Assembly: GCA_038230375.1 (NCBI GenBank)
Contig: JBBRNJ010000057.1
Location: 1 to 60,925, forward strand
Reading direction: 5' to 3'
Origin: Polyangiales bacterium
Lineage (GTDB): Bacteria; Myxococcota_A; Polyangia; Polyangiales; Polyangiaceae
Length of the DNA: 60,925 nt
Every line of letters begins with the position of its first letter. Within the stretch, counting starts at the first letter, position 1. The notes below the pieces were generated by a model that was not told the origin of the DNA, did no database searches, and was given only the letters and a program-made list of their open reading frames with translations. Both the position numbers and the translations under genes were made by a program. This document shows positions 9,576 to 18,424 of the stretch, piece after piece.

Positions 9576-10973
9576 GTGCGCGAACAGCTCATCAACCTCG
9601 CGTACCTGGTCGCGTCGATCCTCTTCATCCTTTGCTTGCGCGGCCTCTCGTCACCGGAGCAAGGCAAGCGCGGCATCTTCCTGGGTGAGCTCGGCATGCT
9701 CATCGCGGTGGTCGCCACGCTCTTCAAGGCGGAGATCATCAGCTACCAGTGGATCGTCGCCGGTCTCCTGATCGGCGCGCTCATCGGCACGGCGATCTCT
9801 GCGCGGCTGCCCATGACGAAGATGCCGGAGCGAATCGCGTTCTCGCACGCGTTCGGCGGTCTCGCCACGTCGCTCGTCGGTATCGCGGAGTTCCGCCGAC
9901 ACATGCTCGGCGAGGAGCTCTCACGGCTCGAGACCGGCGCGCTCGGCTTCGAGGTGTTCCTGGGCGCGCTGACGTTCACCGGCAGCCTCATGGCGTTCGG
10001 TAAATTGCAGGGCTTCATCTCCGGCGCGCCCATCACCTACAAGGGCCAGAACTTCACCAACATCGGCGCGTTCCTCGCCACGCTCGGGCTCATTGCGTAC
10101 CAGGTGGCCGTACCCGATGCGCCGCTGTGGGTGTTCTTCCTCGTGCTCGGCACGGGGTTCGTGCTGGGCATCACCGCGGTTCTCCCCATCGGCGGCGCGG
10201 ACATGCCAGTCGTGATCTCGCTCCTCAACTCGTACGCCGGTCTTGCCGCTTGCGCGACGGGCTTTGCGCTCGGTAGCAACATCCTCATCATCTCTGGCGC
10301 GCTCGACGGCTCGTCCGGGCTCCTCCTGTCCTTGCTCATGAGCAAGGCCATGAACCGCTCGTTCGCCAACGTCGTGTTCGGAGCGTTCGGCACGGGCGGC
10401 GGCACCGCCGCGCTGACCGCGGGAGGCCCCGCAAAGGGCTACAACGAGGCCACCGTCGAGGACGCGGCTGCAGTGCTCGCTGCCTCGCAGAGCGTCATCA
10501 TCGTTCCCGGCTACGGCATGGCCGTGTCGCAGGCGCAGCACGCGGTGCGCGATCTTGCGGCAGCGCTGGAGAAGAAGGGCGTGGACGTGAAGTACGCCAT
10601 CCATCCCGTCGCCGGCCGCATGCCCGGACACATGAACGTGCTCCTCGCAGAGGCCAACGTCCCGTACGACGTGCTCTACGATCTGGACATGATCAACGAC
10701 GACTTCGGGCGCACGGACGCGGTCCTCGTGGTCGGTGCAAACGACGTGGTGAACCCTGGCGCGAAGACGGACAAACAGAGCCCGATCTTCGGAATGCCGG
10801 TGTTCAACGTGGAGCTGGCGCGCTCCGTCATCGTGCTGAAGCGCAGCATGAACACGGGCTTCTCCGGCGTCGACAACGAGCTCTTCTACCTACCCAACAC
10901 CATGATGGTGCTGGGCGATGCGAAGAAGACGCTGGTAGCGCTCTTCCAGGCCGTCAAGGGCGACAGTCACTGA
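9576..10973 (+). CDS. pntB: NAD(P) transhydrogenase beta subunit
   Basis: IGGADMPVVISLLNSY, MNRS, PGYGMAV.QAQH, HPVAGRMPGHMNVLLAEA, GANDVVNP. GTG start at 9576. Confidence 0.95.
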   Translation: MREQLINLAYLVASILFILCLRGLSSPEQGKRGIFLGELGMLIAVVATLFKAEIISYQWIVAGLLIGALIGTAISARLPMTKMPERIAFSHAFGGLATSLVGIAEFRRHMLGEELSRLETGALGFEVFLGALTFTGSLMAFGKLQGFISGAPITYKGQNFTNIGAFLATLGLIAYQVAVPDAPLWVFFLVLGTGFVLGITAVLPIGGADMPVVISLLNSYAGLAACATGFALGSNILIISGALDGSSGLLLSLLMSKAMNRSFANVVFGAFGTGGGTAALTAGGPAKGYNEATVEDAAAVLAASQSVIIVPGYGMAVSQAQHAVRDLAAALEKKGVDVKYAIHPVAGRMPGHMNVLLAEANVPYDVLYDLDMINDDFGRTDAVLVVGANDVVNPGAKTDKQSPIFGMPVFNVELARSVIVLKRSMNTGFSGVDNELFYLPNTMMVLGDAKKTLVALFQAVKGDSH

Positions 10974-11036
10974 CGGATCGCCACCGGGGAGGTCACGCCG
11001 CCTACAGCTTTGCGCAATACGGCCGTTCAACGAGGC

Positions 11037-11201
11037 ATGTCCGTCCTACGAACGGTCTCGATCGCGGTCTTCGCGTCCATGGTCCTTGGCATGTGCGCGG
11101 CGGCGCTCACCGCGTGCTCGGACGAGGGCGGCGTGGTCTTCGAGGAGCCAGTGGACGCGGGGCATCACGCAGAGGCCGGCGCGCTCGCGCACCACAAGTG
11201 A
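11037..11201 (+). CDS. Small putative lipoprotein
   Basis: Hydrophobic signal ending LTAC-S, a DAG motif and a His-rich end. Fills the gap between pntB and serA. Confidence 0.5.
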   Translation: MSVLRTVSIAVFASMVLGMCAAALTACSDEGGVVFEEPVDAGHHAEAGALAHHK

Positions 11202-11204
11202 GCG

Positions 11205-12440
11205 TCAGAACAGGATGCGCGTCTTGATGCTGGTCGGGAGCGCGGCGATGCCTTTTCGCACGCCCTCGGACACGTCAACGTTGATGTCCATGATCAGGTA
11301 GCCGATGTTCGCGTCCGTCGACAGGACCTGCGCCTGGATGTTCGCGCTGTGGTCCGAGACGATCCGGTTGATGTTCGTGAGGACGCCCGGCACGTTCTTG
11401 TGGACGTTCAGGATGCGGTGACCGCCGCGCATGGGCGGCATGTCGATCTCGGGGAAATTCACGGCGCCCGCGGTGGAACCGCTGGAGACGAAGCGCACGA
11501 GCGAGCGCGCTACCTCGCGGCCGATGGCCTCCTGCGCCTCTTCGGTGGAGCCGCCCACGTGCGGTGTAAGGAGCACGTTCGGTAGTCCGCGCAGCGGGGA
11601 CTCGAAGCCATCGCTGTTGGACTCCGGCTCGCTCGGGTACACGTCGACCGCAGCGCCGCCAAGGTGCTTCGACTTGATGGCCGCCGCGAGCGCCTCGATG
11701 ACCACGACGGTGCCGCGGCTCATGTTGAGAAGGCACGCGCCGGGCTTCATCTGCGCGATCTGCGCCTCGCCGATCATGTGCTTCGTGTCCTTCGTCTCCG
11801 GAACGTGGAGGGTGACGAAGTCGGACTGGCCGAGCAGCGCGTCGAGCGTCGCGCACGAGTGGTTGTTGCCCATGGGCAACGTCGCGCGGACGTCGAAGTA
11901 GACGACGCGCATGCCGAGCGCCTCGGCCAGCACGCCGACCTGCGAGCCGATGTGCCCATAGCCGACGATGCCGATCGTCTTGCCGCGGATCTCGTGGCAG
12001 TTGGTGGCCACCTTCTTCCACACGCCAGCGTGGACCTCTTGCGAGCGGTCCCCGAGCTGCCGCGACAGGGCGATGACCTCGCACACGATGAGCTCCGCCA
12101 CGGACCGCGTGTTGGAGAACGGCGCGTTGAACACCGGGACGCCGCGCCCGTTCGAGGCGTCCAGCGCGATCTGGTTCGTACCAATGCAGAATGCACCTAC
12201 CGACAGGAGGCGCGTCCCTGCCTCCAGCACCGCGGCGGTGACCTGCGTCTTGCTGCGGATACCCAGGACGTGCGCATCCGCGACCTTCCTGCGGAGCTCG
12301 TCTTCCGGAAGAGCCTGCGAGATCGCCTCCACGGAGTAGCCCTCCTCGGCGAAGATCTCGTGCGCGCTCTTGTGGATGTTCTCCAGCAGGAGAACCTTGA
12401 TCTTGTCGACGGGGAACGAGGTGGAGGGACGCTCTGCCAT
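11205..12440 (-). CDS. serA: D-3-phosphoglycerate dehydrogenase (type II, C-terminal ACT domain)
   Basis: GIRSKT, FCIGTNQ, NAPFSNTRSVAE, GYGHIG, TPHVGGST.EAQ, H.NVPGVL. Confidence 0.95.
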   Translation of the reverse strand: MAERPSTSFPVDKIKVLLLENIHKSAHEIFAEEGYSVEAISQALPEDELRRKVADAHVLGIRSKTQVTAAVLEAGTRLLSVGAFCIGTNQIALDASNGRGVPVFNAPFSNTRSVAELIVCEVIALSRQLGDRSQEVHAGVWKKVATNCHEIRGKTIGIVGYGHIGSQVGVLAEALGMRVVYFDVRATLPMGNNHSCATLDALLGQSDFVTLHVPETKDTKHMIGEAQIAQMKPGACLLNMSRGTVVVIEALAAAIKSKHLGGAAVDVYPSEPESNSDGFESPLRGLPNVLLTPHVGGSTEEAQEAIGREVARSLVRFVSSGSTAGAVNFPEIDMPPMRGGHRILNVHKNVPGVLTNINRIVSDHSANIQAQVLSTDANIGYLIMDINVDVSEGVRKGIAALPTSIKTRILF

Positions 12441-12484
12441 GGCGCGCGGACCTTAGCAGAGACCCCCGCGCTTCTACAGCACAC

Positions 12485-12717
12485 AGGCCTGTCCGAAGCT
12501 CGATCTCACAGCAGTTGAATGAGCCACCAGTCAAGGAGCGGTAGCGTGACAAGCGGCGAGCCCGCCAAACGGTTCGTCAGCGAAAAGCAAGTGACGCCTC
12601 GACGTTGCGACCCTTCCCCGCTTGGCCCATCGAGCGCCGGGCTCGCCGGTTCGTCGCGTTGCCACGGTTCTCGCGATGGCCTCGGATCGATCTGGAAGTT
12701 CGATTCTCGGACAGCCT
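12485..12717 (+). ncRNA. Candidate structured non-coding RNA (long bulged rod with a branched apex), family unassigned
   Basis: Hand folding pairs 12485-12564 with 12638-12717 almost end to end, including an 11-bp perfect stem and about 8 G-U pairs that exist only on the + strand. It occupies most of the serA/PhnD-like intergenic gap. Confidence 0.55.
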
Positions 12718-12718
12718 T

Positions 12719-13594
12719 TCACAGTACCCGGATCGCCCGGCGACTCAGCGGCGGCAGGGCGGCATAGCCACGCGCGCGCGCCGTTCGCAGCACATGCCTG
12801 AGCGAATCGAAGTGGTCGCGTGTGGCGATCTTCAGCGCCTTCGTGCGGAGCAGCTTCGTCAGGACCTGGTCCGCGTTCGTCACGTCCAGCAAGTAGCGCG
12901 TGACGGCAAGGCGCGCATGCGCGGGCACGCTGGTCGCGGCGACGATGGCATCACCCGGGATCGGACCGAACGTCGCGAGCACCTCGAGCGGTCGTCCAGG
13001 CTTGCCCTCGTCCGCCATCCAGGAGCCGGACTCGACGCTGCCGTCCGGGCCCAGGGAGCAGTACGTGGCGCCGGCATCCACGTCACCACGGGCCACTGCG
13101 TCCACGACCGCGCGATGATCGCGCAGGAAGACCTCGCTGCCGAAGAAGTGCAGCACGTCATGTCCCTCTGCGGCGATGTAGACGCGCGGCACGATGTAGC
13201 CGGACGCGCTGTCGGGCGACACCCACGCGATACGCCTTCCGCGCAGCGCGCCGATGCCATCGATGGTGCCGGGCCGCACGACGATCGCCGAGCGGTACGT
13301 GGAGTCGCCTTCACGCGCGGGGACCACGAGGGGCTCGGCGACGCCGTGGTCGAGCAGCTCGATCGCGGGGATGGGAGGCAGCCACGCGAAGGCGACCTCT
13401 CCTCCGGCCACCGCGCTCGTGAGGTCGTCGTAGCTCTGGGCGACGTACGGCACCAGGGAGATGCCGCTGACCTCGCTCAACGCGTCGCACGCGCGTTGCA
13501 CCAGCTCACGCGGGCGGGTCACCCCATCCGCGTTGGAAAAGCCGAGCCCCCAACTTCGAACAACGCGCCCCGTGGTACCCGAAGGGGTGGTCAT
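12719..13594 (-). CDS. PhnD/phosphonate-binding-like substrate-binding domain protein
   Basis: SYDDL..AV..GEV.FAWLPP, YRSAIVV, L.G.RIAWV.PDSASGY..PR, H.AVV.AV..G.VDAGA, IPGD. No signal peptide. Start uncertain. Confidence 0.75.
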   Translation of the reverse strand: MTTPSGTTGRVVRSWGLGFSNADGVTRPRELVQRACDALSEVSGISLVPYVAQSYDDLTSAVAGGEVAFAWLPPIPAIELLDHGVAEPLVVPAREGDSTYRSAIVVRPGTIDGIGALRGRRIAWVSPDSASGYIVPRVYIAAEGHDVLHFFGSEVFLRDHRAVVDAVARGDVDAGATYCSLGPDGSVESGSWMADEGKPGRPLEVLATFGPIPGDAIVAATSVPAHARLAVTRYLLDVTNADQVLTKLLRTKALKIATRDHFDSLRHVLRTARARGYAALPPLSRRAIRVL

Positions 13595-13712
13595 TGGTTC
13601 ATCGTTCAAGCTACACCCAACTCGGGCCGAAGGAGCGCGCCACGACGCGCCTCCATGCAATCCTCCACGAAGGCCTTGATTTGCACGAAAATGTGGGCAT
13701 GTTGGGTACGGC

Positions 13713-14435
13713 GTGAACGGATCGCCTTCCACCGCAAGCTTTTGCCCGGCGTGCCGCAAGGATGCCCCGATTGTGTATCGCGGCATCATGGGCCACTGCA
13801 CGGGCTGCGGCGCCGTCCGCGGTCCGCTCGTCGCGCCCAGCGTGAACATGGCAGGGCAGCCGTCGAAGGTGGGCGGGACCGTGGCGAAGTTCTTCGGGTG
13901 GGCCGTGCTCGGCGTGGGCCTCCTCATTGCAGCCGTGCTCGGGGGGTTCTTCCATCTCATCTTCCCGGATGGCTATGTGGGCCTCGCCGTCGGTGGGCCC
14001 ATCGCCGCGCTCACTGCGCTCATCGGCGGGTCCCTGCTGTTCGGCGGAAAGAAGCTCACCACATCCGGCGACGAGGCGCAGAAGCGCACGCGGGAGAAGG
14101 GCATCTGGGCCCTCGCGGAGAACCAAGGTGGCATCATCATGGCGATCGACGCGTCGCGCGCGCTGGACATCACGCTCGAAGAGGCGGACGCACAGCTCAC
14201 GGAGCTGGCCAAGAGCTCCGCGGACATGGTCGCGGTCGACCTGGACGAGTACGGTCGCGTGTTCTACCGGTTCACCAAGTTCGCGCCGCTGCCCAAGGTG
14301 CGCGTGGAGACGGGGCTCGGCGTGGGGCAAGCGGCAAAGGACGCGGCCACGCAGGCCGCCTTCGACGACGCGTATGCGGCGGAGCCGGTGGAAGAGGTAG
14401 AGGCGCGAAGGGCGCAGCAGCAGAAGATGCGCTGA
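13713..14435 (+). CDS. Hypothetical membrane protein with an N-terminal CxxC...CxxC zinc ribbon
   Basis: CPAC...CTGC, two TM helices and a helical C-terminal domain. Good codon bias. Confidence 0.7.
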   Translation: MNGSPSTASFCPACRKDAPIVYRGIMGHCTGCGAVRGPLVAPSVNMAGQPSKVGGTVAKFFGWAVLGVGLLIAAVLGGFFHLIFPDGYVGLAVGGPIAALTALIGGSLLFGGKKLTTSGDEAQKRTREKGIWALAENQGGIIMAIDASRALDITLEEADAQLTELAKSSADMVAVDLDEYGRVFYRFTKFAPLPKVRVETGLGVGQAAKDAATQAAFDDAYAAEPVEEVEARRAQQQKMR

Positions 14436-15550
14436 TGCGCGGTTCCTGGCTCCGTCTCGTCGCGCAGCAAGCGCTCCTGGGCGCGCTCGTTCCCATCGCG
14501 GTTGCATGCAACGGTGGCTCGTCGCCCCCCAGGAGCAACCCACCCGCCACGATCACGGATGCCGCCTCGAGCGCGCAACAGACCGCGGCGCCACCCGTGG
14601 TCACTCCGCCGGCTGCTCTCGCAGGCCAGGCGGATGCATCGTCGCCCACCGCAGCTGCGTCGCTCGATACCGGTCCAAGACCGCTCGACACGGAGCAGCT
14701 CGCGCAGCGCCTGTTCGAGGACGACCCCACCACGACGTATCGCGTGGCGTGTCCGTCCACACTCTCGGAGGCGCCGCGCGTCACCTGCTTCTTCGCCCGC
14801 CGCTTCTCGCAGGATCCGGCGGCGCGTGCGATCGCAGAGGAGCTGTTTGCAAAGTTCGGAGTCACGGCTGGCGTCGCGCCCGCTCACGTGATGGATGGCG
14901 GGTTTCGCGGCATGATCTCGCTCGTGCCGGCACCGCCAGAGGGCGCGGAGCGCAAGCACCTCGCGTGGGTACTTGCATCCTACAAGGAATTCGATGAGTT
15001 CTTCACGGCACTCGCCGCACGCGCCGGCAAGCCGATCCCCTATCGCGTGAACGATGTGTCGTTCCGGTTCATGCGCTCGGTCGGCCGCACCACACCCTCG
15101 GCCTACGCGGAGAACTGGCGCGTCTCGTACAACGTGGCCGGCTCGCTCCTGCACACCGAGGACGGCGTCCGCGAAACGCTCTTCCACGAGATCTTCCACC
15201 TGAACGATCAACAGCACGGCGACTGGTCCCCCGGCGCGCTCTCCGCCGACGTCTACGATCCCATCGTGAAGAAGTGCGGCACCGGGATGGCGTGCCTTGC
15301 ACCCTACGCGCCGAACGACACCACGGTGCGCGGCGGCACCTACTACGCCTTCCAGCAGAACAACGGCCTCCCCGTACGCGAGTACGCCGCGGAGCTCGCC
15401 GTCCGCTACGAGAAGGAGCACCGCGCACTGCTCGCCGGCAAGCCGCCGAAGAAGCCATGGAAGTGCATCACGCCAGAGAACGCCAAGGCGTGGGCGCGGA
15501 TCCGCGACGAGTTCTTCGCGGGAGCAGACCTGACGCCAAGCTGCCCGTGA
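14435..15550 (+). CDS. Lipoprotein with a zincin-type HEXXH motif
   Basis: Lipobox IAVAC, Pro/Ala linker, TLFHEIFH and downstream EYAAE. TGATG overlap with the upstream gene. Confidence 0.7.
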   Translation: MRGSWLRLVAQQALLGALVPIAVACNGGSSPPRSNPPATITDAASSAQQTAAPPVVTPPAALAGQADASSPTAAASLDTGPRPLDTEQLAQRLFEDDPTTTYRVACPSTLSEAPRVTCFFARRFSQDPAARAIAEELFAKFGVTAGVAPAHVMDGGFRGMISLVPAPPEGAERKHLAWVLASYKEFDEFFTALAARAGKPIPYRVNDVSFRFMRSVGRTTPSAYAENWRVSYNVAGSLLHTEDGVRETLFHEIFHLNDQQHGDWSPGALSADVYDPIVKKCGTGMACLAPYAPNDTTVRGGTYYAFQQNNGLPVREYAAELAVRYEKEHRALLAGKPPKKPWKCITPENAKAWARIRDEFFAGADLTPSCP

Positions 15551-15557
15551 CCGGAGG

Positions 15558-16811
15558 TCAGGCCGGTACGTAGGACGTGGCGCGCGCCAGGAACATCGCG
15601 CGCTCGCGCTCGTTTCGCGTGAGGGCGGCGGCGCGCAGGACCTCCGCCTTCGCTTCCTCGGAGCGCCCAAGCCTGAAGAGCAGGTCGGCACGCACGCTCG
15701 GAAGGAAAGGATAGCCGCGGAGCGACGGCTCGGTCGCGAGCGCGTCAACGATGCGGAGTCCCGCCTCCGGGCCAAGCGCCATCCCCACCGCGACCGCGCG
15801 ATTCAGCTCCACCACGGGGGATGGTGCGATCTGCGCGAGCGCATCGTACAGCGCCGCGATGCGCGCCCAGTCCGTGTCGTCCGCGGTCCCCGCTCGCGCG
15901 TGGCACGCGGCGATCGCCGCCTGCAGGAAGTACGGACCGGGCCGATCCTTCGCGACCGCGGCCGCACGCGCCAGGCCGTCGAGCCCGCGGCGAACCAGGA
16001 GCGCGTCCCACATAGTCCGGTCCTGTTCGAGCAATAGCACCGCCTCACCCTTCGGACCGACCCGCGCGCGCGCACGCGACGCCTGGATCTCCATCAGCGA
16101 CAGCAGGCCGTGCGCCTCCGCCTCGTCGGGGACCAACTCCACGAGGATGCGGCCCAGACGGAGCGCATCCTCGCAGAGGAGCGGGCGCATCCAGTCATCG
16201 CCCACAGTCGCGAGGTAGCCCTCGTTGAAGATCAGGTAGAGCACCTCGAGCACCGACCCGAGCCTCTCCGCGAGATCCTCGGCGCAAGGGAGCTCGAATG
16301 GCACCTGCCTGTCGGCGAGCGTGCCCTTCGCGCGTGTGATCCGTTGCGCGATGGTCGGCTCCGGCACCAGGAACGCGCGCGCGATCTCGTCCGTGGTGAG
16401 GCCGCCCAGGAGACGGAGCGTGAGCGCCACGCGCGCCTCCTCTGGCAGCACGGGGTGACAGGCCACGAAGACGAGGCGGAGGAGATCGTCCCCGACCACG
16501 TCGTCGATCGCAGCCTCCATGTCGGGGGACACCGTTGTCTCCGTCCCGCGCAGGAGCTCGTCGTGCTTCTTTTCCACGCGCCGCTCGTGGCGAAGGACAT
16601 CCAGCGCGCGGTGCTTCGCGGCGGTCATGAGCCATGCACCAGGCCTGTCCGGAACGCCGGATTTCTCCCACCGGACCAGCGCGTCGACGAAGACCTCCTG
16701 GGCGACCTCCTCCGCGACATCGACCCGCTTCACCATGCGCGCGACGACGGCGATGATCTTCGCCGACTCGATGCGCCAGATGGCGGATGCGACGCCGTGG
16801 GGGAGGGCCAT
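15558..16811 (-). CDS. ECF sigma factor with a C-terminal TPR-like extension (ECF42-type)
   Basis: AEE..QE.F..AL..W...GVPD.PGAWL, DDLLRLVF.ACHP, LRLLGGLTTDEIARAFLV, YLIFNEGY, PYFLQAAIAACH, SPVVELNRAVA. Confidence 0.9.
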   Translation of the reverse strand: MALPHGVASAIWRIESAKIIAVVARMVKRVDVAEEVAQEVFVDALVRWEKSGVPDRPGAWLMTAAKHRALDVLRHERRVEKKHDELLRGTETTVSPDMEAAIDDVVGDDLLRLVFVACHPVLPEEARVALTLRLLGGLTTDEIARAFLVPEPTIAQRITRAKGTLADRQVPFELPCAEDLAERLGSVLEVLYLIFNEGYLATVGDDWMRPLLCEDALRLGRILVELVPDEAEAHGLLSLMEIQASRARARVGPKGEAVLLLEQDRTMWDALLVRRGLDGLARAAAVAKDRPGPYFLQAAIAACHARAGTADDTDWARIAALYDALAQIAPSPVVELNRAVAVGMALGPEAGLRIVDALATEPSLRGYPFLPSVRADLLFRLGRSEEAKAEVLRAAALTRNERERAMFLARATSYVPA

Positions 16812-16845
16812 GGTCCCACCATCAGAGCAAAGTCGCCCGCCCGTG

Positions 16846-17235
16846 TCAGGTGGGACGCGCTGCGTGATCCCCAGCGGGAGGAATTTCCTCCACCTCGCGC
16901 AGCTCGGCGTAGCTCCAAGGACCAAGGTGTGCGGATGGGCAGCGCGTGGCCCACTCGAAGGCCTCCTCGCGGGTGCGCGACTCGATGAGGAAGTAGCCGC
17001 CGATGATCTCCTTCGACTCGCTGAAGGGACCGTCCACGATCGTGCGCTTCTGACCGTTCGCGCTGATCCGCGCGCCCTTCTTGGTGTCCTTGAGCGCCTC
17101 ACCCGAGAGCAACACGCCCGCCGCCTTCAGGTCTGCGTGGTATTTCTGGTACGCAGCGAAGAGCTTGCCGTGCTCCTCCGCGCTGAGCTTCTTGCCGCCG
17201 ACTTCGTCGTGACCGACGAGGATCATGTAACGCAT
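16846..17235 (-). CDS. YciI/DGPF family protein
   Basis: DGPFSESKEIIGGYFLI. Directly upstream of the ECF42-type sigma. Confidence 0.9.
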   Translation of the reverse strand: MRYMILVGHDEVGGKKLSAEEHGKLFAAYQKYHADLKAAGVLLSGEALKDTKKGARISANGQKRTIVDGPFSESKEIIGGYFLIESRTREEAFEWATRCPSAHLGPWSYAELREVEEIPPAGDHAARPT

Positions 17236-17278
17236 CTTGTCTCCTTACGTGACGGACCGAAGGGTGGTCCACCATCAC

Positions 17279-17305
17279 GGCGTCCGAGGAGAGTCAGAAT
17301 CGACA
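17279..17305 (-). promoter_or_regulatory. Candidate ECF42-type autoregulated promoter
   Basis: Minus strand reads TGTCGA-N17-CGCC upstream of the DGPF gene. TGTCGA is the described ECF42 -35 element; the -10 match is imperfect. Confidence 0.45.
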
Positions 17306-17339
17306 AGCGCGCTTCGAAATCGTCAGAGGTCGTCGCACA

Positions 17340-17512
17340 CACTGTCCCCATTTACTTCACGTTCGCTCGAAAAATCCCGGGTGAAACTGAGCCTCTCGGG
17401 AGAGGACACCGCGGTCGGCCGCTGCATCGCCGGACAGTTCAAGCGCGCGCAGAACGTCCCGCGGTTTGCCGTCGCACCGGTCTCCGTCGGTAGGAACTTC
17501 CGCCTGGACTGA
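17340..17512 (+). pseudogene. Degenerate remnant of a myxobacterial AgmX/PglI-like C-terminal domain
   Basis: IYFTFA in one frame, then VKLSLSGEDTAVGRCIAGQFKRAQNVPRFAVAPVSVGRNFRLD* in another. No credible start. Confidence 0.35.
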
Positions 17513-17519
17513 CCGTCCC

Positions 17520-18341
17520 CTATTGGCAGATCGTGAGCGTCACGTTGTCGATCCACACATTGACGTCCACTGGCGCGGTGCCGTTGACACCGCCAAGCCC
17601 GCAGCGCACCGTCACGTCCGTGGTCGGGCCCGGCAGCGCGTACTTGGCGTTGACGTTCGTGGTTGTCTTCGCGCCGTTTTGCGGTCCGAACGAGTGGTTG
17701 ACCACAAGGGTGCCGGAGGGGATCCCCGAGATCGACACGGTGGCGTCGTACCAACCAGCAGTGGGGGTGGGCAAGATCGGGGCGGAAGCGTTGGACGTGG
17801 GCCCATCGAGCTCCACGCCGTCCGCGCCGTCGCTCGCTAGCGCGAGCACGACCTCCTCGGAGGCCCCCGGGCTCGCCGTCTGCGTGAGATGCGGCACGCA
17901 TCCCAGGCGCCCCGTACTGCTGCCCCAGCTTTGCAGGTACACGGAGTAGGTCAGCTGGATGCTCGAAGGGTTGTTCACCGGCACGTTCCGGTAGATGATC
18001 GCGTAGCCGCCTGTCACCGCGCCGGACACCGACGCGTGGAGCGCGAACCCGTTGATCATGTGCATGCCATCGACCACGACGTTGCCGCTCGGGTCCATGT
18101 TCGGCGTCCAGTTCGGCGATAGCATCTGGGTGCTGAAGTTGTCGCTCAGCACGGCGTTGCAGATTGGAGCGGCGTCCACGCCGCCATCGATCGCCGCGTC
18201 GTCCGCCGCATCTGCCTCGGGTCCGTTGGCGTCCGGTATCTGCGCGTCCGTTGGACCAGCGTCGACCGACACGTCCTGCCCGGAGAACGCGCTGCACGCT
18301 GTCACCGCAAGCATCACTGTCACAGGCAGGACGGGCCGCAC
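17520..18341 (-). CDS. Hypothetical lipoprotein (beta-rich domain)
   Basis: Lipobox VTAC, DAG/DA-rich linker and a beta-strand-rich body ending [11 protein letters not shown]. Confidence 0.7.
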   Translation of the reverse strand: MRPVLPVTVMLAVTACSAFSGQDVSVDAGPTDAQIPDANGPEADAADDAAIDGGVDAAPICNAVLSDNFSTQMLSPNWTPNMDPSGNVVVDGMHMINGFALHASVSGAVTGGYAIIYRNVPVNNPSSIQLTYSVYLQSWGSSTGRLGCVPHLTQTASPGASEEVVLALASDGADGVELDGPTSNASAPILPTPTAGWYDATVSISGIPSGTLVVNHSFGPQNGAKTTTNVNAKYALPGPTTDVTVRCGLGGVNGTAPVDVNVWIDNVTLTICQ

Positions 18342-18359
18342 ACCTCCAGTCTACCCCAG

Positions 18360-18389
18360 GTCGAAGTCGAGGTCGAAGTCGAGGTCGAC
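18360..18389. repeat. GTCGA(A/G/C) hexamer array, 5 units
   Basis: gtcgaa gtcgag gtcgaa gtcgag gtcgac, in the gap between divergent genes. Confidence 0.85.
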
Positions 18390-18424
18390 GCGCGTGGCGA
18401 TCTGCGCCTAGACTCCGCGTCGTC

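Noticed and set aside
12563..12600. Resemblance of CCAAAC...GAAA...GACGC to a c-di-GMP-I riboswitch
   Set aside because: The stem geometry and the GCAAA/second hairpin do not fit, and there is no downstream gene on that strand.
12485..12717. SRP RNA, RNase P RNA or tmRNA identity for the structured element
   Set aside because: It lacks the SRP CAGG..GGAA..AGCAG helix, the RNase P GAGGAAAGTCC motif, and tRNA-like ends.
12605..14434. N-terminal 610 codons of the 981-aa ORF 12605..15550
   Set aside because: They overlap two better genes and are Arg-rich noise. The real gene starts at ATG 14435 with a lipoprotein signal.
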